From positions 374,001 to 438,000 of the forward strand of contig MU054117.1 of assembly GCA_013239625.1 (NCBI GenBank): a stretch of DNA of 64,000 nucleotides, written 5' to 3'. Under the pieces are notes generated by a model. The model saw only the letters and a program-made list of their open reading frames with translations. It made no database searches and was not told the origin of the DNA. Positions within the stretch are counted from its first letter, which is position 1. Each line of letters starts with the position of its first letter. This document shows, piece after piece, positions 1-11,020 of this stretch. This DNA comes from Lama guanicoe (Eukaryota). A program made the position numbers and the translations under genes.

Positions 1-994
1 GGCACACCCCCGGGCCCTGCCGACGCCCAGATCTGAGACAGCAGGCCTCCGGGGCTGTGGAGCCAGCTGTGCTATCCCCGAACACCCAGTCCTGGTCCTT
101 GTGCCGGGACCCAGGAGACCAACACAACCCCAGTCCCAAGGGCTCCCGAGACGTCCACCTCCGTTACGGAGCATCCTCTAAGTGCCCTCTTCCAAACTGG
201 TTACTTCAAATGTCTGCGGGCGTATGTTCTGTAAGGCGTTCTCCCGAGTCTGTTACATCCAGCTCACGGCTCATCTTGCTTCCTAATTCTAAGATTTGTA
301 TTTTTCCATCAAGTCAAGAAGATTCTTCACCATTAACGTCTGAATATTTTCTCTGCCCCGTTCACGGGACCCTCTTTCACGACAGACAGCAGACACATGC
401 CAGCCTCCCGTGCTGCATCCCTGCGGTCCGCTGTGAGGGTGCTTCTGTCCTGTGCTCCTTTCCCCTTCTCTGCTGCTGTGTCTGGCCACTAGGAGCCCTG
501 AGGTGGGCAGGAGGGGGGCGCCCGAGGCTCAGCTCCGTGAGCCCCCAGTGTGCAGGTCTGACGAGCCCCAACCCTGGCCGTTAGTAACGAAGCCAAATGA
601 CCTGTCGTCCCACGGTTTGTCAGGTTTCATTAATAAATACAACTGCCGCCCAGCTCACGGGGAGACAGCTGCTGCCCTGTGCCTCCAGCGCACGCAGAGG
701 GATGCCCTCGGGGCCCCCAGACCCAGAGCAGAGGCCGGCCACACTCCAGACCTCGTAACGCAGGCCAGGACAGACCTGACGCTTTGAACACATCTCCTTT
801 GTGCTTAAAGTGACTTCTGTGAAACGAACCTTTTTCCACCCCACACGGGGAACGCAGAGGGGACGAGAGACGAGAGAATGCAGGGGCCCAGGAGCACAGG
901 TGCGAGGCCCACCCAGACAGGAAGCAGAAAGCCCGGGCTGCTCGGGGCGGGACAGTGCCCGCAGCCGCTGCGGGGCCTGTGCGCACCGCCCTAC

Positions 995-1148
995 CTTCCA
1001 CTGCCTTGACCCTCTCCTCCAGCTCTCGCTTCCGCTCCTCCCTCAGCATCCGCTCCTGCTCCCTCTTCTGCACGGCCAGGATCAGCTGCCGCTCCTCCTC
1101 CTCCTGCCTGCGCTCCTGCTTCTCTGCTTTGGTGAGCACGGGGGTCTC
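995..1148 (-). CDS. CECR2: CECR2 coding exon (orthologue of human exon 9), charged coiled-coil region [51 protein letters not shown]
   Basis: Translation matches recalled human [54 protein letters not shown] acceptor at 1151-1149, GTAGGG donor starting at 994. 154 nt, phase 0 to 1. Confidence 0.96.
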
Positions 1149-4100
1149 CTGTGAGGGGCCAAGAAGCGCACAGTCAGTACACAGTGGTGTGGTCTCGGCC
1201 CCGAGCTCTTCTGTGTGTTCTGTTCCATACACAGTGTCAGACAGCCAGGTGACTTGTATCCTAGCCACAAATTAACCTCATCTGTAAAACCAACGGACAC
1301 ACACATGCTAACATTAAAATACACAGTGATTAGAACGGGGGAAAGCCTGGGGCCCAGTGAGCTGCACATCCGCAGTCTCTGGGAGGTCCTCTTCTGGAGG
1401 AGAGGCTGCGGAGCCCCCTCTCGGATTTGGTCCTTCAGAAGCACTCTCGTCCCCGTAACTGAGAGCAGGGCAAGGTGTCAGACTCACAGCGTCAGCCACG
1501 CGCACAGCCTTAGAGCCCCTGACCTCTGTGCATTTCCTTACTAACAAAAAGGTGAATAAAGCCAGGAGTTCGGTGGGAAGGGCCACCACTTTGCCTGAAA
1601 ATACAGTGAGGAGATGAGGGCAGTACAGGGACTGGCTGGCTTTCCCCTTGTTTTTCAACCCAGACAACATTAACATAATGATGTCAGGTGGTGAGCGGGA
1701 CCGTGACTGCCTCAGACATTAAATGGAAGAAAAGGACACAGGACCTCCTCCATCGTAACCTGCAAGTTCCCCTGTGTATTCCCAGTGTGATGAGTCCTGA
1801 GCCGTCCTGCAGGCCCAGCACTCAAGCTACAACCAGAAGTGCTTTTATTTTCAGTTTCCTCCCTTAACTTCTGCGCTGACGTGCAAGGCAGAGCTCTGTT
1901 AAGGCTGTCACTGAAGAGGCAGTGGCTGTGACCTGCAACAGAGAGTGTCTGTGAGCTGCACAGACACAGAAAAATGAATTGGGGTCTACAAAGGGGGGGT
2001 TCACATCCCCTACAGAAAATATAACACTAGCCACCCCATTTTATGTGAAACTAAATCAGGAGTGTGAAGATTTCTTAACAGATCCTTTTGGTAAGCAGAA
2101 GTCCTAAGACTCTCCTATGCCAGATTATCTTCATTCTGCGGAAATTACACAAGTGGTCTGAATGCAGAGAGAAGAAAGACGAAGGCAGACTGTCATTTAT
2201 ACAAAGTCTAACATTAAACACTGAAACCACTCGGAGGAAATTTTAAACTATTTTCTTTATGGTCCTTAAAAAGAGTTTAAATTCTCATTTGACTCAGAAT
2301 TTGGAAGTGGTGTTGCCCAGACAGTAGACCTTCTGAAAGTCATTTTTACTGTTCACATTCTATGAGCCTGACTTCAACAGAATTTGCTCCCTACAAGGTA
2401 AAGATCTGAAATGAGTAAGAGAAAAGAAAGAAAAGTGAAGGAAAAAATTTAACCATTATTACTGCACACGTAACCCTGTACTTAGTCACCCAGACAGAAT
2501 TAAAGTTCTGTAAGCTCTTTCTCCTGCGACCCGAGTGGGCAGTGGTCCTGTCTGAACCTGGGACGCCGCTGGCATCACGAGAACGAATCTTCTGGAGAAG
2601 TGTCTCCACCGCTGCCTCCTAGTGCTGGGCAAGCAGCCTGCCTCCCCCCGCCTGGCTCCACAGGCCAAGATTTGTTCACCTCCCTGGCAGCATCCTCCCC
2701 AGTGGAGAAGCTATAATGCAGCTACAGTTTAACAAACCAAAGAGACCGAAACAAGGTGCCCTCGCTCTTTCCAGCTGCATAGCGACTCTAGGCACAGGAT
2801 GGCAGAAAGGGGGGACAGCGGGAAACACGCCTTATCAGAGGAATTATGTCGTCCAGGGAGAACCACAGCGCCTTCTGCACAAGCCCCAGTGAGAAGGGAG
2901 AGGAAACAAGTGTACGTTAACACCCACAGGTCACGCACGTAAACGCTGACAGCGCTAATGCGCGTCTTGCTCCTGCCCGACAAAGGACAGCAGGTGAGAA
3001 CACACACAGTGTCCTCCCTCCAGCCAGGACCGAGGGCTGCCAAACACAGCCTACACTTCAGCGAGGACTAAGGAAACGCACGCCATGACTTACCAACATA
3101 GATGTTAAGTCACTGAAGAATCTTCTGGTAAACAAACATCAGGCGTTTCACGTACAAAGTCAACGGAAGGGAGGAGAAAGGGAAAAAAAGACACTACCCA
3201 AGTCCCAAGAATATCCGTATAATTCCTTTCAAACAGAGCAATTTACTGTTCTTAATGTGTGAAGACGTCTCACAACCCAAAACACATGGAACATGAATAC
3301 AATATTCACAGAAGATAAACCCCACGATCACAAGGAAGAGCAAAACAGCCTTTTCACCTACAAAACCGTTAAGAGACTATAAAGTGATTCCCTCGCCAAG
3401 ACGGGGTAAGAGGGACACCCTCAACGCGCTGGGTGCACAGACCTCCTGGAAGATGACTTGGATGCACGAATCAGAAACCCTCAAAAGTCACTACACTGCT
3501 GCGACTTCATCTTAAAAATGAGACAGCCAGGAAAAATCTTCCCATGAGCGGGTTAAACAAAACATTACGTACAATAGAGAAAAACTAAATATCACAAATG
3601 TTTAAAAATAGGTGAAATTACATAATTACTATGTAATTATTAAAAACTGTTTTCTCCTGGGGAATATTTAATGAAACAAGAAAAGGCTCACAATATTAAG
3701 TGAAGAACTTGGGTCACAAGACAGAGGTCAAGGCGACCCCAGCTCTGGAATGAGCGCACAGAGAAGGCCAGAGAGGGCACGTGGATGGCCGCAGCACGGT
3801 GCCTGGTCACCCTGGTCCTTCTGGGAGCACGGAAACTCCTCTGGACCCAGAACAACCCCTTCCGAGCTGATCCGGGGAAATTACCTAGGGTTACGTGTTC
3901 TGATTATTTAATTTTTATTAACTTTTTACTCCCACTATTATGGGGTCCCCATTAAAAGTCTAAATTAAAATGTTCAAGTATCAAAAGGTTATTAGCACTT
4001 GTAAATTTTAAGATGAAGTATTAAAAGTAACTTTTAACTAGTTCAAGGTATTCTGATAACAATGAAGCACGAGTTTTGAAAGACAGGAAAATTATAAATG

Positions 4101-4169
4101 CCAAGAACTGCTGCTAAAGCAGAGACTGCACCATTGTCAAATACATGTAAAGATGCACAGGAATCTAAC

Positions 4170-4405
4170 AGCTCTAGAGCATGCAACTGAGGGCCATTTA
4201 GCACACGCAGCGATGCACAGCCCCATCCGTATTAAGCTGCAGAACATTCTCACCGCCCAGAAGAGAGCTCGTACCCGCTAAGCAGATGGCCCGCAGTCCC
4301 CGCCCCCCACCCCTGGCCACCACAAACCTACCTACTCTGTCTTTACGAATTTACTTACTCCAGACACTTCACATAAATTGAATCATGCAGGTTTTTGTCT
4401 GGTTA
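4170..4405 (-). mobile_element. Old L1 (L1MB-like) 3' end fragment
   Basis: Antisense L1MB-type motifs: cagaacattctcaccgccc, cccctggccaccacaaaccta, cagacacttcacataaattgaatcatgc. Confidence 0.7.
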
Positions 4406-4509
4406 GTTTTTTTAAAAAAAATACATTAATTTTTTTTAATATTAAGCACGTAAAATGTAATAATTGAGTAACAGGAGTTTACACCATCTTTTAAAATGCG
4501 AACTAGTAA

Positions 4510-5245
4510 GATTCAACATCAAAGAAGCAACCGGACTGGAAAATGGACAGAGGATCTGAACAGATGTTTTTCTAAAGACGTACGAATGTCAACAGGCGAC
4601 GTCACTAATCATCAGGCAAATGCATCAAAACCACAGTGAGGTGCCCCTCACCCTGTCAGAATGACTCCCCAAAATGCCAGGGAAGGACAAGTGCTGGCAA
4701 GGGTGTGGGGAAGAGGGCCCCGTGCACTGATGGTGGGAATGTAAATTAGTGCAGCCCCTGCGGAAGACAGAGCGGAGGGTCCTCAACAAACTGGATGATC
4801 CAGCAGTTCCGTCCCTGGGTCTCCTTCCAGAGAAAATGCAGCACTGCTGTGAAAGGTGCGGGGACCCCACGTTCCCTGCACTCACCACGCACAGCAGCCG
4901 AGACGCCGAGGCTGCACGGGTGGACGCGTACAGGCGAGGTGGTGTATGGACACAAGGGAACACTACTCAGCCGCAAAAGGGACGGAACGCTGTCATGTCA
5001 CTTGCGACGGCGTGGATGACCTACGCTTAGTGAAACAACCCAGACAAACACTGTATGACCTCACCTGCAGGTGCAATCTGAAAAGGCTGAACTCACAGAC
5101 ACGGAACAGACTGGTGGGTGCCGGAGGCAGGAAAGGGGTCAGAAAGTACAAACCTCCAGCTGTGATGTCAGGAAGCCCTGGGGAAGAGGCAGCGCTGGTG
5201 ACCAGTCAGGAGGACGTGCTGGGTGTGACAGGTGCTGAGAGCCGG
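4510..5245 (+). mobile_element. L1 3' fragment (ORF2 C-terminus plus 3'UTR), heavily GC/CpG-shifted
   Basis: Motifs ggcaaatgcatcaaaaccacagtgag, gtgctggcaagggtgtggggaa, ggtgggaatgtaaattagtgcagcc and actactcagcc follow the L1 consensus order. Confidence 0.85.
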
Positions 5246-6018
5246 CCCCAGCAGCTGGCCCTGTGTCGTCCCGACAGCCTCTGCCTGCCGCAGCCCTTCT
5301 CCGGGTGCCTCCACCCCTGCCTGTCCCCACCTCACCCTGCCCTGCAGCCTGGAAACACTTCTGCTTAGTCAGACGCCTCTTTCAGGCTTTAACAGCTTAA
5401 CAGTTCGGTGTAAAGAACACGTATGGCCAAGAGAACAAAAAACGAACATAAAGCCGACAGTTAAAAAAAAAATCTCCCCGTGTTTCACACTGCAGTCTTC
5501 TCTTTAGAAGCAGTCAGTGGCAAAAGGAGCAGGAGCCGTATCTGATGCCGGACCTGATGCCGGACCGTGGAGAGGCCCGCGGGGCATCAGGAAGCAATTT
5601 TAAAGAGAAGCTAAGAAGAGACACCTGAAACCTTCTCAACACTCAGCAACAGGATCTGGCCGAGGCAGCGCCTAGACCCCGGGCGGAGCCCCCACCCCAA
5701 GGGCAGGTCACCACACCTGAGACAGAGCTCCCCGGTGGCTGGACAGCAATGCCCAGTCTCCTGACAAAACAGCCACAGAGCCCTGGCCCTGGGGCCCAGA
5801 GAGCCCCCTCCACTGACGCTTCCCCCAGGGCCCTAATTAAAGGACTTTCTGAGGCAGTGAGATTGGACTCCTGGGGACCAGTCTAGGTCGGAAGCCCGCC
5901 TGCACTGTAGCCTTTAAAGACCCGCAGATTTTCTGCTGTTTAAACAAAAGCACAAAACTCATGCCACAACTGAGGTTTTCCCCAGGACTCTTGGTAACGT
6001 TACAGATACTAAGAATCT

Positions 6019-6362
6019 CAAAAAGACAAATGAACTGATTTACAAAACAGAAACAGACTGACAGACATGGAAAACAAACTCATGGTTATCAGAGGAGAAA
6101 GGGGGTGGGAAGGGATAAACCGGGAGTTCGAGATTTGCAGATGCCAACTACTATACACAAAATAGACAAGCAACAAGTTCATACTGTGCAGCACAGGGAA
6201 CCATATTCAGTATCTTGTAGTAACCTATGGTGAAAAAGAATATGAACATGAATATATGTAGGTTCATGTATGACTGAAGCACTGTGCTGCACACCAGAAA
6301 TTGACACAACATTGTAAACTGACTACTTCAATAAAAATACATTTTAAAAAAATAAAAGAAAA
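6019..6362 (+). mobile_element. 5'-truncated camelid-type L1 3'UTR with A-tail and 8-bp TSD (aagaatct)
   Basis: caaatgaactgatttacaaaacagaaacagac ... cagggaaccatattcag ... cttcaataaaa. aagaatct occurs at 6011-6018 and 6363-6370. Confidence 0.88.
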
Positions 6363-6371
6363 AAGAATCTT

Positions 6372-6516
6372 GGGGGAGGGTACAGCCCAGTGGTAGAGTG
6401 AACGCTCAGTGTGCACGAGGTCCTGGGGTCAAGCCCCTGTACCTCCATCAAGTGAATAAACAAATAAGTAAAAACCTAATTACCTTTCCCCTCAAAAAAT
6501 AAAATAAGAAAAAAAA
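6372..6516 (+). mobile_element. tRNA-derived SINE (Vic-1-like, camelid), long form
   Basis: gggggagggtacagcccagtggtagag (A box), gggtcaagccc (B box), then the aataaa/cctaattacc tail and an A-rich end. Confidence 0.88.
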
Positions 6517-7168
6517 CTACAATTCCATAGTTACTTGTACCTAAGACCAAAGAGCAGAGTAAGGGAGCTGACAGAAAGCACTGCAAAGAACAGCCACGGA
6601 GAGCTTCCTACCAGCAGGACCTCAGAGACCACGCGACCCGGGACCTAGAACAGGGCCCGGAAGGCTTGGCCGGGGCAGTGGACTGGACGGGGGCAGAGCA
6701 CGTTCACAGCGGTATTCGCCGTCAGGTCACAGTGAGAGCCCACCACGGCGAGCTGAGCACCGGGGCTGGACGCCACTGACCACAGGCCTCCTGATACTGA
6801 CGCTAGAGGGAAGAAGAGACCGGGGAGACAGCGAAGCAGCCAGTGCAGAACCGCCACCCCAAGGCACCTGAAACGCTGGGCTTCTTATCTCCAGGCACGC
6901 GTGCTTATGAGCTGGGGAAAAAGAGATAAAGGGTAACTCCAAATACACTAACATAAATGGAAGTTTATAAATGAGGTTTTCAGGGCTCCCACTAGCATGA
7001 CTCCGGTGCTGTCACCCAGTTACTGCGAGGCAACAGAAGCTCCACACCAAAACAAGCCGCCAGCCAGGCCTCAGGTGCAGCCTCCTCTGGCCATGAAACT
7101 GCTTAAACGTACGTGAATCATAGGATAAGAGGCGATAAAGGGTTAAAAAGTGAGAACTGGGCAGCACA

Positions 7169-7196
7169 GGCTGGGCTGGGCTGGGCTGGGCTGGGC
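7169..7196 (+). repeat. (GGGCT)n pentanucleotide repeat
   Basis: ggctgggctgggctgggctgggctgggc read directly. Confidence 0.9.
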
Positions 7197-8284
7197 AAGG
7201 GAAGGATGGGTGCGGGGACTCCCTAACCCTCACCTCTGGCATCAAACACAGCCCTGCTTGCAGTCTGGATCCCTCGGACCTCATTCCACTCCCACTCTGC
7301 CGATTTTTAAATCTCAGTGATAAGAACAGCAAAGCTGTCCCTTCCTAGAGCGTGGTGCTAAGTTACTTAACTGCCCTAAACCACCTCACAGAACACAACC
7401 CCGAGCAGCGTGGCTCCGGGGGGCTATCCCGAACAGGGTCCACACGTTCCACCTGATGCCGACCGCCACTCGCAGCCAGACCCGCACCCCAAGCCGACTC
7501 CTAACCGGGATCTGCGGTGTCATCTCAACTGCACAGAGAGGCCTGCCTCCCGGGCCCTTCCTCCTCCTGGAGCCCACCACGTCCCGCCGTGCGCATTCAC
7601 GGACACCTCTCTGGTCCACGAACATCTCCAACTATAGACAACAGGCGCCCGATACGAGCACTCAGGATCCTGAGAGGAGAGTGCGGAGGCTCCGAAGCGG
7701 CTGCTACAGGAAACCACTGAGGGGCTCGGAGCCCGGAGCCGTGCGGCGCCTGTGGGGCCAACACAAGGCTTGGAGCTTCTGCGGAACCAGCCCCGAAGCT
7801 TCCGCACTGCAGCCGGCGGCTGACAGGTAGCAGGTGCGACCTGCAGGGCACACGGGAACCGTCCGAAGCGCTAAGCGCTCCTGCAGGCAGCTGCAGGGTG
7901 ACAGGCGCCCACTCCAAGGGCGAGGCCCCCGGAGCGCCGGGCTGGTCAGCAAGCTGGGGTTCCGACGGGGGGGCCTGGCTGGCAGCACCAGCACAACGCG
8001 AGTTAATGCTCTGTAAGCGGATTTCTAGTCCTCCAGGCGAAACGTTCTGAAATTTTGCCTTTCATTGTTCTCTTCTGTCACGCCACAGCTGCACAAGACT
8101 TCCAAAACCAAGTCCACCATCACAGACTCTGGGTTAACCCTGATGAATTATGAGCTGTTTTCTTCGGTGAAGAACAGTATTTGCTTGTTAGCGTACTCTT
8201 AGAGGCTTGACATTCCCATCACTGGAGGGAGAGTGCGCTTAAGTTAACCAGGAACAGGGCTCCAAGACACCTATACCTCTATGG

Positions 8285-8700
8285 ACACGGAAGCCAAGCC
8301 CTGTCTTTCTTCATTTATGAAATGTTTGGAAGTTATCTTTTCTTGAAGTTTTAAAAAGTTTTACCTGTAAATAAATCGAAATGATCCTAGAGCTGTTGAG
8401 CGGATCCTTTTGCGATAACTCCTCTTCCCTAATTACTGGTCTGCCAAGGTTTTCTATTGCATAACTTAGATTCTGGGTGTTTTTCAGGAGTCAATACCCC
8501 ATTTCACTAAGATCTCCAAATTTACAGCTCTGTATAGCTTTCAAAATATCAAGTCTATTATTTATTTTTTGTTTTTAATTTCATGGTTCTTGAAATTTAT
8601 ATTTAAGGTTTGCTGTATTTTAATTTTTCCTTCTCTTGCCAAGAACTAACTCTTGAAATTTTTTGTATCAAAACCATCAGTTTTATGCTTGTAAGTTTTT
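8285..8700 (-). mobile_element. Ancient L1 ORF2 fragment
   Basis: The reverse complement resembles the L1 ORF2 stretch between EN and RT: aaatttggagatcttagtgaaatgg ... aatagaaaaccttggcagaccagtaatt ... tttacaggtaaaactttttaaaacttcaagaa. Confidence 0.55.
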
Positions 8701-8759
8701 TCCCTTAGTTCCCCGATCCAAAAGTCTTAGGTTGAATGTTGCACTAAAAAGGCAGAAAT

Positions 8760-8784
8760 CAGGAGGAGGGTATAGCTCAGTGGT
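8760..8784 (+). mobile_element. 3'-truncated (tailless) SINE/tRNA retro-insertion flanked by 15-bp direct repeats
   Basis: ggagggtatagctcagtggt (SINE 5' end with A box) lies between two copies of taaaaaggcagaaat (8745-8759, 8784-8798). Confidence 0.85.
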
Positions 8785-9715
8785 AAAAAGGCAGAAATTA
8801 TAAAGTAAGGTTTAAGCAGATTAAGCATGTGCCTTACAGATGATTTAAGGTGGCATCATTAGTCAAAAGAATTAAGTCATAACAAGGTTCTATAAAGTTA
8901 TAAAAACCATCTCTATTTCATAGTTACTTTAAGAAAATTAGATTATGGAGTTCAAATCCTGGAAAAATGGTCACAGTGGGTTATAGATCACAAAAACATA
9001 GTGCAATTATAACATGTGGAATTAAGTATACTGATGGAGAAATGCAGTTGGGTTTTTCTCTCTCCTGCCTGTCCATGAAAATGTAATTGCTGGAGCACTG
9101 TTTGTAGGTTCCGGCTATCAGAGAAGGTGACTTCCTAGAACTCACCCCAGAGCACCCACCCACAGAATGGTTAGAAATATCATCGAATTCAGAACAAATC
9201 AAGTAACACTGTCTGTCATTTTTGTCCCTCCCTGGAGGTGCTGCAGCAGGAATTTATAAACAGCTTCTCCTCAGATGTCAAGGCAGTGCTCACATTTTCT
9301 GTATTCTCTTAACAAGCACTAACCACCAGAAGTGTCAGATTTACTGAAATGAAATAAGGAAACTGAACGACTACTGAGCATCCACCACGGAGAGGGCATC
9401 GCATTAGGTCAGCTGTGCGGCTTAAAACGAGGAGGAGGACATGTCCCACATCCCAAGTTGCTGAAATGGAGTCAGGGATGAGGAACACACTAGAGAAGAA
9501 ATCCTCAGGTGAGAGAAACAGGACGGCTCACAGAGGTGTCGACCTTCATGTGGAGCTTCTGAGAGAGGGGCGGGCGGGCAGGCAGGGAAGCAGAGAGAGA
9601 GGAAGGTGCGCAGGGCCCAGGTGGGGCTGGGAAGGGGCCGGCACTGCGTCTCTGAGGACAAGTGCTCTCCAGAGCCTGCTGCTTGGAGACAGACCAGAAG
9701 GTAGTATTAAAAAAC

Positions 9716-9786
9716 AAGGCTTCTAGGCCTTCTGTCTAACATCAAGTGTAGTAGGTGTCCTTATCAGTTTAATATCTGGTACGTTC
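9716..9786 (+). pseudogene. U2 snRNA 5' fragment retropseudogene (about nt 1-71)
   Basis: gcttctaggccttctgtctaacatcaagtgtagtaggtgtccttatcagtttaatatctggtacgt aligns without gaps to U2 GCTTCTCGGCCTTTTGGCTAAGATCAAGTGTAGTATCTGTTCTTATCAGTTTAATATCTGATACGT. Confidence 0.93.
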
Positions 9787-10197
9787 AGACAGATGAAATA
9801 TTTATGCCAACCAAAACAAACAAACAAACAAACAAACCACAAAGGCAGCACAAACACACAAGGAGAGGCACGACAGGGCGGAGACACTCCTGGGGGCTCA
9901 GGGACGTGTCCGCAGGGATGGTCAGGAGCAGGACAGGTGGTTCCAGGCTGTGAAAAGCCACTGTAAGGGCTGGGGTGGGGGCACTGAGGACACCTGCAGT
10001 CCTGAGAACTGAGTGACAAGCCCCACAGCAAGGGAGAGCGGGTGATGAGGTCCCACCTTGATGCTCCAGGTGAGAAAAGGAGCAGGCTGTGCCACCCACA
10101 GGAGACAGTGGGTTGTATTCAAAACTGGAGCAAAGAGACCCTTAAATGGGGCCACTTTACAGGGAACACAGAGGGAGGGAGGGCCACCCGCTGTCAC

Positions 10198-10367
10198 CTT
10201 CTGGGCAATCATGTTGCAGATCTCGGGCAGGAAGTCCTCACTGAGGAGCTTGTAAAGCTGCCGCTCCCGAAGGGAGGTCCTCTCTCGAAAGCTCTCAGTG
10301 ACCTGTCTCCACTCCTCTTCCGTCTGACACAGGAGCCACCAGGAGCCCTGCCCTGGCCCCTGTGACC
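10198..10367 (-). CDS. CECR2: CECR2 coding exon (human exon 7): (G)[56 protein letters not shown]
   Basis: Near-identical to the recalled human peptide. TAG acceptor at 10370-10368, GTGACA donor at 10197. 170 nt, phase 1 to 0. Confidence 0.97.
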
Positions 10368-11020
10368 CTAGGAGAGAAAGGAATGGGCTCGGTGACCAGA
10401 CCCCCCCAGGACCTTTCTCCTTTCTCTCCTCTGTTTCATGTGTACTCTGGGTTATGATCAAAACTGGGGAGTCAGAAAAAAAGGGAGAACCATTACTTTT
10501 TAAGGTTGATACTGCGTACTTTTGATTTTCCAGTTTCTCTCACTGTTTACAACTAAAAGGTCAGAATGCCTAAAGGCAATACAAATGTAACTGCCGAGAC
10601 CTCCGTAGGACAGATTTTAGTTCCCTAGAAATGCTTAAACGTACTTACTTCCTGCATAAATGGCTCTGATTTGAGCTTTTGCAGTCCTTGTTTCAGTGAA
10701 ATACTGTAAACTGATATTTCTACCCAAATTTGTGCAGCGTGGATCACGCAAGAGCTGAAGTCTAGGCTGAAACCCAGTAAACTTCCTTGTGTCTCTGGGA
10801 GAAGCTGCCCATTCGTCCACATGTTCAGGTGTCTATTATGCTGGGCCTGGTGGGGCCCAGATGAAAAGACCTGGTCCTGATCTCAGGTTATCTGTCAGAT
10901 GGGGGTGGGCACCGGGGGACGTGGGAAGCGCTAGTCTGAAGGCCGCGGCCGTGGTCCCATTGCCCCGCGCGAGTCAGTCACGAGCGAGCAATCCCTGCTG
11001 ACTCCAGCAAAGGCTATTAC

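Noticed and set aside
630..1268. 212-aa minus-strand ORF as a stand-alone gene
   Set aside because: Only 995-1148 is coding (CECR2 exon); the rest is intronic read-through in GC-rich DNA.
5542..5565. 12-bp tandem duplication ctgatgccggac x2
   Set aside because: Ordinary slippage duplication; only two units and no spacer array.
6372..6450. Functional tRNA gene (also at 18045, 38481 and 45760)
   Set aside because: A and B boxes are present, but A-rich tails, TSDs on most copies and broken stems mark them as SINEs.
7234..7312. AG/GT-bounded segment with a GAG|GTGAGG donor as a substitute exon
   Set aside because: 79 nt, so frame-shifting, with a poor acceptor and no similarity to CECR2.
7797..7880. 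Possible diverged CECR2 exon 8 (CAG followed by ERLALRT...YLS)
   Set aside because: Similarity is marginal and there is no GT donor at 84 nt.
9716..9786. Functional U2 snRNA gene
   Set aside because: Only the 5' third is present, with several substitutions, no Sm site and no evident snRNA promoter.
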